A stretch of DNA of 64,000 bases from Bdellovibrionales bacterium (lineage in GTDB: Bacteria; Bdellovibrionota; Bdellovibrionia; Bdellovibrionales; UBA1609): positions 379 to 64,378 of the forward strand of contig SKLV01000013.1 of the NCBI GenBank assembly GCA_007121385.1. The letters are read 5' to 3'. A program made the position numbers and the translations under genes. Shown piece after piece: positions 9,038-18,582 of the stretch. The notes beneath the pieces are model-generated. The model saw only the letters and a program-made list of their open reading frames with translations. It did no database searches and had not been told where the DNA came from. Positions within the stretch are counted from its first letter, which is position 1; each line of letters starts with the position of its first letter.

Positions 9038-10141
9038 ATGGAGTGGAGACACCTGAAAAAGCTGGGATTCTCTATGGGCTTTGGAGTCGGGCTCGGAGTT
9101 CTTTTAATCTTTAGTGAACTCTCACTGGCCCAGCAGCGCTTCGACTTTTATCGCGGAATTCGGCAAATGTCCATGGGGGGAGCCTCTGTGGCCGTGGTGA
9201 ATGATGAGACTTCATTGCTCTTAAACCCCAATGGTTTGGGGAAGCTGCGCGACTACATTATCACTTTGGTGGATCCTGAAATCACCCTAGGGGGACAGGC
9301 CGAGAGGGTGTTAGGATTCTCAGTTCACCAGGCTCTAGAGCCGCAAAAGGCACTGGAGCGACTGAGGGAACATCCCGGACGTCATCTTCACTTTCAGGGC
9401 CAGATGTTCCCTTCCGTGGTGGTGCCCAACTTTGGCCTGGGACTTTTAGCCAAATACTCGGTGGATGCTAAGGTCACCGAGGACCTAACTACTTACGAGC
9501 TCAATTACTTCAACGATTCGGCCCTGGTCACTGGCTTTAACTTTCGGCTCTGGCATGGAATCATCAATTTGGGCTTTAATGCCCGCCTGGTCAATCGAGT
9601 GGAGATCCGTGAAGAGTTGGATCCTCAGTCCACTTCGTTAACTGTGGCGAATCTGGCCTCGGAGGGCATCGGCTTGGCCAGTGATGTGGGGCTGACGATG
9701 ACCGCACCCTGGGCCTATTTGCCTACTTTTTCCGCAGTTTTGCGAGATGCAGGCAACACTCGTTATAGCCTGCGCAGGGGAATGCTGTTGGGAGCCACAG
9801 AGCAACCGGAAGTGACTCCCCAGAGTTTGGATGTGGGCTTGGCTTTTTTTCCCATTCACGGCAATGAAACCAGATCCACTTGGACTGTGGAGTATCGAGA
9901 TGTTTTGACCTTTTCAGAGGCTGTGGATTGGCAGAGTCGACTTCATGTGGGGTGGGAGCTGAACATTCGCGATGCTCTCTTTTTGCGTGCAGGAATGAAC
10001 CGGCGCTATTGGACAGCTGGGATGGAATTGGTGGCGGGTCACTATCAGTTGCAACTTGGAAGTTTTGGGGAAGAGGTGGGCAGTGAAAGTCAACGACGGG
10101 AGGATAGGCGCTATGCGGGCAAGCTCTCTTATCGGTTCTAA
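9038..10141 (+). CDS. FadL/TraF_2/PorV-like outer-membrane beta-barrel, paralog 2
   Basis: ATG 9038 is preceded by GAAGGAGG. Signal peptide ...IFSELSLAQQ. Motif IRQMSMGGASVAVVNDETSLLLNPNGLG. C-terminus ...GKLSYRF. Confidence 0.7.
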   Translation: MEWRHLKKLGFSMGFGVGLGVLLIFSELSLAQQRFDFYRGIRQMSMGGASVAVVNDETSLLLNPNGLGKLRDYIITLVDPEITLGGQAERVLGFSVHQALEPQKALERLREHPGRHLHFQGQMFPSVVVPNFGLGLLAKYSVDAKVTEDLTTYELNYFNDSALVTGFNFRLWHGIINLGFNARLVNRVEIREELDPQSTSLTVANLASEGIGLASDVGLTMTAPWAYLPTFSAVLRDAGNTRYSLRRGMLLGATEQPEVTPQSLDVGLAFFPIHGNETRSTWTVEYRDVLTFSEAVDWQSRLHVGWELNIRDALFLRAGMNRRYWTAGMELVAGHYQLQLGSFGEEVGSESQRREDRRYAGKLSYRF

Positions 10142-10985
10142 AAATAGGTGGCTTGGGAGGATTGGGAGACAAGGTCTTTTGGCCTTGGGCATTTTGCTCT
10201 TTTTAATCCCCATTGCCGGCTGTGAGCGCAATGTTTTGCGTGAGTTTAGCAAAGTGGACACGGATGAGGCCCTGCTCTTTGATGCCCGTCAGGCCATCAA
10301 CCGGGGCAACTATGACTTGGCCATTGCCAAATTTGACATGATCAGCGCGGCTTTTGCAGCCCGTCGGGATGTGGTGGTCTTAAGAGCCTCGGCCTATGCC
10401 GGTCGCTGTGGCCTGGACTTTTTGGAGTTGGTCCAGGCCTTAGGAGATCTGGCCAGTCAGCGGCTCTTCGTCTTTTTTATGTCCACTTATGTGGAGGCGG
10501 AAATTGAGGATATTCAGGCCTGTCTGGATGCTGAAGATTTATTGAAGAGTCTTGGACCAGATGCTGCGGACAGGGAAGTGGATGAAAACCTTCTGATGGT
10601 CTTTTTGAGCTTTGTGAAAATTGGCAGAGTTCTGAGCTTTGTGGCGGACACTAACAATGATGGGACCTTGGACGCCGGTTTTGATGCCTGTGATGCCAAT
10701 GACTTTCCCACCCAGGCTGTGGCCGAGGTGGGAACGGGCTTGGCTCTGGTGCTGACCAGTTTGGCCGCGGCCGGAACCAATATTGCGGGAAGTCAGCTGA
10801 CTCTGATTACAGACATCTGCGACCAGATTGACAACATCAATCCTGCCTATAACTTTTGTGCCATCACCGACAGGGACAACCTTAATGCCGACCATCTTCG
10901 GGGGATAAGAACTCTGGTCAATGAGAATCAAGCAATTGGTGTAGGCTCTTGCAATGGAGATGTATTGACATGCCTTTGTCTATAA
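10113..10985 (+). CDS. Cys-rich lipoprotein (8 Cys after the lipidated Cys), paralog B
   Basis: ATG 10113 has SD GGGAGGA at 8-nt spacing. Lipobox LFLIPIAGC. Shares segments with paralog A (DENLLMVFLSF vs DNKEANLMMVLAL; DGTLDAGFDACD vs DGTPPTQAQIDDALDKCK). Confidence 0.6.
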   Translation: MRASSLIGSKNRWLGRIGRQGLLALGILLFLIPIAGCERNVLREFSKVDTDEALLFDARQAINRGNYDLAIAKFDMISAAFAARRDVVVLRASAYAGRCGLDFLELVQALGDLASQRLFVFFMSTYVEAEIEDIQACLDAEDLLKSLGPDAADREVDENLLMVFLSFVKIGRVLSFVADTNNDGTLDAGFDACDANDFPTQAVAEVGTGLALVLTSLAAAGTNIAGSQLTLITDICDQIDNINPAYNFCAITDRDNLNADHLRGIRTLVNENQAIGVGSCNGDVLTCLCL

Positions 10986-12115
10986 TTCCACTTTTGCTTT
11001 TGACACTGGCTTGGGGTTTTGAAGCCCAGGGACGCTCTCTTCTGCAGCAAAATGCCAATGTGAGAGCTTTGGGAATGGGCAACGCTTTTGTGGCTTTGGC
11101 TCAGGATACCGATGCCCTCTTTTACAATCCGGCAGGTCTGGCCCGCAGCACTCACCTGACTTGGACCATTATGGATTTGCGCTTGGGAGCCAGTGGCTAT
11201 GAAGCTTTCACCAAGGTGCAGGATGTCCAGGGCTCAGGCACTTTTGCCGATACAGTGAGAGAACTCTATGGGGAGAGTGTGGGGCTTGGAGTGGGGCTGA
11301 AAACGGCCGTAACCATGCCCTATTTGGGCTTTGCCATTTTCAATGATTTTGATGCCCGGCTCCTTCCGGAAAATCCGGCCTTCCCCACTTTGAATATTGA
11401 TGCCATCAACGACTACGGAGCCGTGTTAGGGCTGGCTGTCCCCATATTGCCCAATTTGCATTGGGGTGCTGCGGTGAAGAGAGTGAAACGCACAGGCTCC
11501 AGTGTGCCCTTTGGTCCCAGTTTTGTGGGAAGCCTCGACCCGGCGGTGATAATGGACAGTATTATGAATGAGGGACGGGGCTATGCCCTGGATACGGCTC
11601 TCAATTTGATTCTTCCGGGCCAGTTTATGGAGACCAGTTTCTCTTTACTGTGGCGAGATGTGGGGGTGACCAGCTTCCGGCCCAAGCCTGGACTCACTCC
11701 TCCTCCCCGGCAAGAGGATGAGGTGGCTTTCGGTATGGCGGCCCATTTTGATTTACCCATGATGTCCATCACTCCAGCTCTTGATTTGCGCTTTCTCAAT
11801 GAGCCCAAAACTCAACTCAATAAAAAACTGAATTTCGGGGTTGAGGTGAGTCTTCCCCTCTTGGATGCTCGAGCGGGATTTCACCAAGGCTACTATGCCC
11901 TGGGTGCGGGATTAGACATTGGTTTCATGCGCCTGGATTTGGCCACTTATGGGGTGGAAGTGGGGGAGTATGCCAGCCAAATGGAAGACCGCCACTATCT
12001 TCTCCAGCTGACCTTTGAGCTGGGCTTTGAGGTCAAATCAACTCTCTTTAGGGGCTCAGACGCCCCTCCACCCTCCCACAGTGCCAGAGGTCGACGCATC
12101 AAGCAGCGGCGTTAA
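10970..12115 (+). CDS. FadL/TraF_2/PorV-like outer-membrane beta-barrel, paralog 3
   Basis: MPLSIIPLLLLTLAWGFEAQG is a signal peptide. Motif VRALGMGNAFVALAQDTDALFYNPAGLA. A basic C-terminal tail ...ARGRRIKQRR follows the last strand. Confidence 0.7.
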   Translation: MPLSIIPLLLLTLAWGFEAQGRSLLQQNANVRALGMGNAFVALAQDTDALFYNPAGLARSTHLTWTIMDLRLGASGYEAFTKVQDVQGSGTFADTVRELYGESVGLGVGLKTAVTMPYLGFAIFNDFDARLLPENPAFPTLNIDAINDYGAVLGLAVPILPNLHWGAAVKRVKRTGSSVPFGPSFVGSLDPAVIMDSIMNEGRGYALDTALNLILPGQFMETSFSLLWRDVGVTSFRPKPGLTPPPRQEDEVAFGMAAHFDLPMMSITPALDLRFLNEPKTQLNKKLNFGVEVSLPLLDARAGFHQGYYALGAGLDIGFMRLDLATYGVEVGEYASQMEDRHYLLQLTFELGFEVKSTLFRGSDAPPPSHSARGRRIKQRR

Positions 12116-12136
12116 ACTCGTAGGGTCAAGAGGTGA

Positions 12137-12164
12137 CAGCCTCAAGAGGCTGCACTAGCCTTTT
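12137..12164 (+). terminator. Weak hairpin (CAGCCT-caag-AGGCTG) followed at a distance by TTTT
   Basis: 6-bp stem at 12137-12152. T4 at 12161-12164 lies 8 nt after the stem, so this is a poor intrinsic-terminator geometry. Confidence 0.25.
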
Positions 12165-12169
12165 GAGTT

Positions 12170-14953
12170 ATGTTGGAGCTTCAGCCCTTTCCCATTGCTA
12201 AAAATAGATCCGAATGGCTTAAAGATTTTGACCTCTCTCAGGCCACTCTGGTGGTCTCTGACCTCAAGACCAAGGTGGAGATTCAAGGAGAGCTTTTAAA
12301 GCGACAGGAGGTGCTGTCAGATGAGGCCGTGTTACGAGCCAGTGAGCTGTGGCGTCGCCTGGCTTTAAGGCTCAGTCCAGAGGTGAGGATTATTTCGGCT
12401 GATTTGGCTCGCAGCTTGATTTCGGATTGGCTGTCGAGCTCTTCGCTGGCCTGGGCCCGCAAGCCGGGAGCCAGCCAGAGAGCTTTTCAATTTATCCACC
12501 AGCTTTTACCCATATTGGCTCATCCCCAGGGAAGAGAGTGGATGCAGTCTTGGTTAGGTGAGCGCCCAGATAGTTTAATTCGCTGGAGTCACTGGTATGA
12601 ACTGGCTCAACAATTATGGGATCGCTTTCAAGAGGAGAGGCTGGTGGCCACTCCTTGGCTGGCCGGATACTTGTTGAGTTTGCCAGGACTAGAGAGCAGC
12701 TGGAAGAGACCTTTTGTATTTCACTTGGGAGCAGATCTTAGTGGAGTGGAGGTGGAACTGCTGAAAGCTTTGGGACAAAAAAACTCCGTTCGGGTTTTGG
12801 TGCCGGAAGCGAATTGGATCCCTGAGTATAAGACCAGTTTACTGGCTTATGATTTTTTAGCGAAAACCCCCGGGGCGGGTCTGGGGGGTACAGGAAAAGA
12901 TTTTAAGGACAATGAACCCTTGAGTCGAGCCCATTTTTTGCGCTTCTCCAGCCAGTTGGCGGAAGTGAGAGCGGCCACTTCCCAGGTGCGAGCTTGGGTG
13001 GATCAGGGCGTAGACCCTCAGCAAATTGCTCTAGTGGCTCCAGATATTGAGGCCTATTGGCCCTGCCTCAGGGAGTACTTGGCTCAAGAGGGCCTCCCCA
13101 TGGATAAAGCGCAGGTGGCCAGTCATCAGGGTTTTTTAGCCACACAGATTTGGCTGGCTCAGCTTCGTCTCAGTGCTGGAGAAGTGAGCTCGGGAGATTT
13201 AATTCTGCGGAGCTTTCCACCCCAAGACCCTGAAGAGAGAAAAGGTCCCAGTCTCAACTTAAGCTTTGAGCGCTTTCGGCAGCTTTTTGCCCGCATTTAC
13301 GATCGAGAGGATTTGCTGCGTGATGAGAGTCTACGCTCCCTGTATGAAGAGAGTTTTCGTGCCCCACAAATTCTCAATCGAGATGAGTTTTTGGCCTGGG
13401 CCCTGAGGCATTGGCCCAGCTGGGGAGATGCGGATTTGATCCAGCAGAGTCTAGCTGGTCTCTATCAGGAGTGTCCCCCGGGCTTGAGCTTGCGCTTAGA
13501 GACCTGGCTGCGCCATCTGGAAAAGCTGGAAGCGCGAAGGGAAGTGGAAATCCAGCCTCCTCAGGCCGGAGGCATTCAGTGCGTGAGTCTCCGGTCTGCA
13601 GAGTGGTTGCAGGTGAGTCATATTTGGCTCATGGGCATGATGGAGGAATCCGTGAGGGACTCTGAAGGACAAGGCGTGCCTCTGGGAGATATTTTGTCCT
13701 TAAGTGCCAATTTTGGTTTAAGCCTGGCACATCCTGATCAAGCTCAGCTGGAGTTTGAAGCCCGCAGCCTATTAGATAGAGGTTGGCAAGAGCTCTGCCT
13801 GAGTGCCGCTGAGACTGATTTTATGGGCAAGGTCATGGCCCCCTCTTTGCTTTGGCTGAGAGGGCGAGCACTGAACGAAGGCGCCTCTGTGACCCATCGT
13901 GATACTCCTTCCAGCACTCGTTGGGAGGAAAGACAAAAACAGAGTCCCGAGGTCCTTGGTCAATCTCTGGCTTGGTCGGAGCCCCAGAAAGAACTTCTGG
14001 TGCTGAGCCTCAGGCAGGACTGGGGCTTGGAGAGATCCCAGGCATTTGGCCAGGGGCTTCGTCCCCGTCTCTCTGTGTCTCAATTGGAAAAGTATTTGAA
14101 ATGTCCTTTTATTTTTGCGGCGGAAAAGCTTTTGGGCCTCGTGGATGCTTCAGAGGTGGATCTTGATCTGGATGCGGCCAGCCGCGGGCAGCTTATGCAT
14201 GGTCTGTTTGAGGAGTTATTGGATATTGAGTCGGGGAAAGTGAAGAATTTGAGCGCAGAGGAGATCGATCAAATTCTGGAGCGGAGAAGGCTCAGTCAGA
14301 AACTGGTCGTGGGCGATTCTAGGCTCTGGGATTCTTTGAAGACCAGGTATCGAGATCTGGGATTGAGATTTATACAGTTTGAGTCTCAGTGGCGTCAGAA
14401 CTTTCCCGACACTCGGACTCTTTCCACAGAGCTCAAACTTAAGGGATCTTGGAGTTTAGAGAAAGGGGCCTTGGTGGCTGAGGGCGAAGGGGACTTTCCT
14501 TTTGCCGGCAGCGTGGATCGAGTGGATGGAGATGGAAAAAACTATGTGTTGATTGACTATAAATCTTCAACCCACTCAGTGGGTCAGATCGGCTCTTGGC
14601 TGGACAAGGACAGTTTGCAGATGTCTCTTTATGCCCAGGCTATCGAGATGGGGTTGGGCTCTTTACCCCCAGGACCTGTCGCCGGAGCTTTCTACTATGT
14701 GAGCAAGAACTTTGATAGGTCCAAGGGGTTTCGCCTCATAGAGGCGGAACAGAGTCTTTATTCGCCAGAGGGCAAGGATAAGGGAAAAGTCTCCTTAGAG
14801 AGGAGAGACGAAGTTTTTGCAGCTTTGAATCAAAGAGTTCAGCAGGCGGCTCTGGAAATTGACCAGGGACAACTCGCCCCCCGGCCCAAGAATGAAAAGG
14901 ACTGTCGAGAATGTCACTGGAGGTTCCTATGTCGAGCGCCCCATCTGAATTAA
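12170..14953 (+). CDS. addB: AddB-type helicase-nuclease subunit (PD-(D/E)XK nuclease with Fe-S Cys, no Walker A)
   Basis: C-terminal nuclease motif GSVDRVD...YVLIDYKSS. Cys pattern YLKCPF ... CRECHWRFLC (C-Xn-C-X2-C-X5-C). No GxxxxGK[ST] at the N-terminus. Directly upstream of addA. Confidence 0.8.
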   Translation: MLELQPFPIAKNRSEWLKDFDLSQATLVVSDLKTKVEIQGELLKRQEVLSDEAVLRASELWRRLALRLSPEVRIISADLARSLISDWLSSSSLAWARKPGASQRAFQFIHQLLPILAHPQGREWMQSWLGERPDSLIRWSHWYELAQQLWDRFQEERLVATPWLAGYLLSLPGLESSWKRPFVFHLGADLSGVEVELLKALGQKNSVRVLVPEANWIPEYKTSLLAYDFLAKTPGAGLGGTGKDFKDNEPLSRAHFLRFSSQLAEVRAATSQVRAWVDQGVDPQQIALVAPDIEAYWPCLREYLAQEGLPMDKAQVASHQGFLATQIWLAQLRLSAGEVSSGDLILRSFPPQDPEERKGPSLNLSFERFRQLFARIYDREDLLRDESLRSLYEESFRAPQILNRDEFLAWALRHWPSWGDADLIQQSLAGLYQECPPGLSLRLETWLRHLEKLEARREVEIQPPQAGGIQCVSLRSAEWLQVSHIWLMGMMEESVRDSEGQGVPLGDILSLSANFGLSLAHPDQAQLEFEARSLLDRGWQELCLSAAETDFMGKVMAPSLLWLRGRALNEGASVTHRDTPSSTRWEERQKQSPEVLGQSLAWSEPQKELLVLSLRQDWGLERSQAFGQGLRPRLSVSQLEKYLKCPFIFAAEKLLGLVDASEVDLDLDAASRGQLMHGLFEELLDIESGKVKNLSAEEIDQILERRRLSQKLVVGDSRLWDSLKTRYRDLGLRFIQFESQWRQNFPDTRTLSTELKLKGSWSLEKGALVAEGEGDFPFAGSVDRVDGDGKNYVLIDYKSSTHSVGQIGSWLDKDSLQMSLYAQAIEMGLGSLPPGPVAGAFYYVSKNFDRSKGFRLIEAEQSLYSPEGKDKGKVSLERRDEVFAALNQRVQQAALEIDQGQLAPRPKNEKDCRECHWRFLCRAPHLN

Positions 14954-17900
14954 GTCTTCATGAGGTGGTGAGAGCGGGGGCTGGAGCCGGTAAGACCACC
15001 GAGCTGGTCAGTCGAATTTTGAGCCGAGTGGAAGACTTTCGCAAAGCCCATGGACGCTTTCCCCTCATTGTGGCCACGACTTTCACCCGGAAGGCCACCC
15101 AAGAGCTCAGAGAGCGACTGATTTTAGCGGCACAGCAAAAGCAGGATCTTGAGCTTCTGAATTATGTCTCTCAAAAAAGTCAGCTTCACATCTCAACCAT
15201 TCATGGAGTTTTGAGTCTTTTTTTAAGACGCTATGGGCATTTGGCTCAGCTGGATGCGGGTTTTGATCTTCTCAGTGAGGAAGACAGTTTGCAGTGGGCT
15301 CGTCGGCAGCTGAAAGGAATGCTGAGCGAGACTCCTCTGCTTCATGAGCTGCTGGAGCGTTTTGGATTTCAGCAACTCAGCGGACTTTTTGTGGAGTACT
15401 GTCGAGCTCGACTTTTGTGCCCTGATCTGAGACCTCTGAGTCGGCAAGAAATTGAAGGGCAAACCTGGGAGTACTTTAACTCTTTTTCGAGTCGCCTGGC
15501 GGAAGCGGCCGCCCGGGTTGAGGAAGAGACGGAGAGTCCAAAGTTTAAGGACTATGCTCAGGGACTAAGAAGAATTTCTGAATCTCTCGCTCAGCCCTTG
15601 AGCCCTGAATATTGGAGTGGAGTTGAGGATTCTTTAGGCCAGCTGATACGGCGTCCCCCAGGGAGTAAAAAGAACCCAGGGCTGAGTGAGGACACCAAAG
15701 CCCATCTGGATGAGCTGCTCAAGGACTTTAAGGCGGAGTGGGGCCATGAGGGCCTACAGCCCCAGTGGTTTTCTCATTTTGCAGAGGGTTTTATTCAGTT
15801 CGAGACTGTGGCAAAAGAGTTTTTTGAAAAGTGGATAGAGTTCAAAAAAGAGACTGGACGCTTTGACATGACCGATTTGGAGCTGATGTCTTTGGAGGTG
15901 GTTCGGAGGGAGCCTGAATTGGCTCGCGCTTTTGCCAGTGAATGGGACTACTGGCTGGTGGACGAGTACCAGGACACCAGCCCTATACAGGTGGAGCTCA
16001 TCCAGAAGTTGATGGGGTCTAGTCCCAGTTTTGTGGTTGGAGATCCACAGCAGTCCATCTACCTTTTCCGCGGAGCTCAATCCCGCGTCTTTCGTGAGCG
16101 AGAGAGCTGGGTTGCTGAGCAGAGGGGGCTATTGCGGAGAAAGGAGACGAACTACCGATCTAGGGCTGAGCTTCTCGAATTTTTTAATGAGTTTTTTACC
16201 AGTCTCGACTCCCAGTTCATGACCATGGAGGCCGCGCAAAAGGAATGGGACCCTCAGACTCTGGTGGCCACCTTTGCCAAGGCCTCTGAGCTGGAGGAGG
16301 AGAGCCTGGCTGTGGCTCAGTTCATTCTAGATAAGGTCCATGAGCAGGGGGTTCCTTGGGATCATTTTTGCATTTTGGCGCGGACCAACAAAACCCTCAC
16401 TGAGCTGGCTCAAAAGTTGGGAGCCTTTGGCATTCCCACCCAAGTTCATGCGGCCAGTGGATTTGGGGGACGAAGGGAAATTCAGGATATCTTGGCCCTT
16501 CTGAAGTTCCTCCTCCAGCCCCAAGATAATAAAAATTTAATGGTTCTGCTGCGCTCTCCCTGGCTGCGAATCAAAGACCAAGACTTGGTCTCCTGGCTGA
16601 GTTCAGCCAACCATTCCTCCTCCCCAAGGACAAGTCATTGGGAAAAATTATGCTCTCATCCAGAAGCCGCTCAGCAGGAAGTGCTCATTTACTTGCAGAA
16701 GGTCCTGAAGCGAGTGGAGAGAGAGCCGATCTCAACTCTACTTCAGGAATTGGTGATGCAGCTCGGGTTGGTGGATTTCTCCCATCACCAGGATTTCAGT
16801 GGGCGTAGGGAGGCTAATATTTGGAAGTTATTGACTTGGTTGAAAGATTTGGAGAGGCAGCCAGGCCTGAACTACAGGTCTTGGATAGAACAGATTGAAA
16901 GGGAGGAGAGCAGCGCTCAGGGAGATGAAGCTAAGGATGCGGTGGCTGTTTCAGAGCCCAACTGTGTTAACTTGATGACGGTCCACGCCTCGAAAGGTCT
17001 ACAGTTTGAATATGTTCTTTTGCCTCGCTGTCATGAGGCTTTGCGAAACGGGCAGGCTAAAGATTTTTATTTAGAGGAAGATCAGGGGCTGTGGAGCTTG
17101 CCCTTGCTTTTGGGAGAGCACTCAGAGCGCAAGGTCTGTGTGGCGGGACGTAAGGAGCTCCTTTCTCGGCGTGAACAGGAGGTGGAAGAACTCAAGAGAT
17201 TACTCTATGTGGCTTTGACTCGCGCCAAAAGCTCCGTCTTTCTCTCTTGGACAGGAGAGCCCAAAAAGGACTCTTGGGCCTCGCTGTGGAATTGGCCCAC
17301 GGACCTTGTGGGCACTCGTCAGAGGCCTCGATTCTCTTACGAAGTGGTGACTGGGCCTTGGAAGCCTGAGGTCCAAAAGCGAGTGATGGAAGAGAAAATG
17401 GGCGTGCGGCCCAAAATCATCGACCTTTCTGCTGGACCAGAAAAAGCTCTGTTGCGACGCTCGGTGAGCTCGGTCTTGCGGGATCAGGAAGGACAGAAGG
17501 GTGAGGGGAATGCCTCTTCTCCTCTCAGATTGCAGGATCGCTTGCAGAGGGCTCATCAAGGTATTTTATTGCATCGGCTTTTTGAATTGATGAATACCTC
17601 ACCGCAGCCAGGGCTCCAGTCTCTTATTGAAGATTGGTTTGGAGACTCGGCCAGGGAAGTCCGCAAGGCCGTTGACTTTGTCTTGCAGTTGGATCAGCCC
17701 CCCATGCGTGAACTGATTCAGGAGGGTCATGTGGAGTGGGGCTTTCATTGGCGCAGAGCCACCGATATTTTAGAGGGACAAATTGACTTGTGGGGCGAAA
17801 TAGAGGGTCAGTGTTGGGTGGTGGATTACAAGTCTGGAAGTCCTGAATTTGTGGAGAAAGCCTTTGCCCAACTGTCTATTTATGCTCAGGCCCTGAGGGC

Positions 17901-17985
17901 TCAGGGAGTGAGTTCTCCAATTCAAATGGCTGTGATTTTTCCTCTCCACCAAAAAGTCAGTTTAAGAATCTTTTCGCCAAATTAA
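14929..17985 (+). CDS. addA: AddA/UvrD-type ATP-dependent helicase-nuclease subunit
   Basis: Walker A AGAGAGKTT, DEYQDTSP, TVHASKGLQFEYVLL, YVALTRAK. C-terminal nuclease WVVDYKSG. ATG 14929 is preceded by GGAGG. ATG 14911 is an alternative start. Confidence 0.85.
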   Translation: MSSAPSELSLHEVVRAGAGAGKTTELVSRILSRVEDFRKAHGRFPLIVATTFTRKATQELRERLILAAQQKQDLELLNYVSQKSQLHISTIHGVLSLFLRRYGHLAQLDAGFDLLSEEDSLQWARRQLKGMLSETPLLHELLERFGFQQLSGLFVEYCRARLLCPDLRPLSRQEIEGQTWEYFNSFSSRLAEAAARVEEETESPKFKDYAQGLRRISESLAQPLSPEYWSGVEDSLGQLIRRPPGSKKNPGLSEDTKAHLDELLKDFKAEWGHEGLQPQWFSHFAEGFIQFETVAKEFFEKWIEFKKETGRFDMTDLELMSLEVVRREPELARAFASEWDYWLVDEYQDTSPIQVELIQKLMGSSPSFVVGDPQQSIYLFRGAQSRVFRERESWVAEQRGLLRRKETNYRSRAELLEFFNEFFTSLDSQFMTMEAAQKEWDPQTLVATFAKASELEEESLAVAQFILDKVHEQGVPWDHFCILARTNKTLTELAQKLGAFGIPTQVHAASGFGGRREIQDILALLKFLLQPQDNKNLMVLLRSPWLRIKDQDLVSWLSSANHSSSPRTSHWEKLCSHPEAAQQEVLIYLQKVLKRVEREPISTLLQELVMQLGLVDFSHHQDFSGRREANIWKLLTWLKDLERQPGLNYRSWIEQIEREESSAQGDEAKDAVAVSEPNCVNLMTVHASKGLQFEYVLLPRCHEALRNGQAKDFYLEEDQGLWSLPLLLGEHSERKVCVAGRKELLSRREQEVEELKRLLYVALTRAKSSVFLSWTGEPKKDSWASLWNWPTDLVGTRQRPRFSYEVVTGPWKPEVQKRVMEEKMGVRPKIIDLSAGPEKALLRRSVSSVLRDQEGQKGEGNASSPLRLQDRLQRAHQGILLHRLFELMNTSPQPGLQSLIEDWFGDSAREVRKAVDFVLQLDQPPMRELIQEGHVEWGFHWRRATDILEGQIDLWGEIEGQCWVVDYKSGSPEFVEKAFAQLSIYAQALRAQGVSSPIQMAVIFPLHQKVSLRIFSPN

Positions 17986-18578
17986 AATCTAAATTCAGAC
18001 TCCCCCGCGCTTGAAGTGATTGTGAGTTGAGTGGGGCCCATCTCTAGGCTGCGCGTGGGCAGGTTGAAAGTCAAAAGGTAGTGAGAAGTAAAGCGGTTGG
18101 TGTGAGGAAATAGAAAGGGGATATCCGCTTTCTTAAATGGAACCTGCTCCACTCGACCGTCGTATCTGATGCCATTGTGGGTGATATAAACTCGCCAGAT
18201 CGAATTGGCTTGAGTCCAATCGTTCAATTCAGCCCGCGGACTATAAAAGGCCATAAAGACCTGAGTCTGAGTGCTCATTTCCTGCAGAGCCTTTTCGCGT
18301 TCAAAGTTAATTTTCTGTGACTCCCAGTGCTGGGCTTCGGCCAGTCGTTGCACAAGACCCAGTCGCACTGGGGGGTTGAGTAGGGTCATATGGACTTGAT
18401 AGGTGTTGTAGAAGCCTTCAAACTTTTCGCTCTTTTGGGTGTTTTGCTCTATCAGGCGCTGATGGGCGCTGTCGGAAGCTCTGCGCGAGCTCGCACAGGC
18501 TGCTAAGAGAATCATCTGAACAGTAAGAACTAACTTTAGGAGGAGTGACAAAAATAGGTGAGCTCTGAAAGGCGGCAT
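17982..18578 (-). CDS. Hypothetical lipoprotein
   Basis: Signal peptide plus lipobox ...VQMILLAAC. No known motif. Lies 4 nt downstream of the hydrolase gene on the same strand. Confidence 0.5.
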   Translation of the reverse strand: MPPFRAHLFLSLLLKLVLTVQMILLAACASSRRASDSAHQRLIEQNTQKSEKFEGFYNTYQVHMTLLNPPVRLGLVQRLAEAQHWESQKINFEREKALQEMSTQTQVFMAFYSPRAELNDWTQANSIWRVYITHNGIRYDGRVEQVPFKKADIPFLFPHTNRFTSHYLLTFNLPTRSLEMGPTQLTITSSAGESEFRF

Positions 18579-18582
18579 CGCT

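Noticed and set aside
12170-17985. Helicase-nuclease pair considered as a possible phage-defence system
   Set aside because: The architecture is orthodox AddAB: a UvrD-type AddA with a RecB nuclease, and an AddB with a C-Xn-C-X2-C-X5-C Fe-S nuclease. There are no extra ATPase, methylase or TIR/Sir2-type partners, and the flanks are housekeeping genes.
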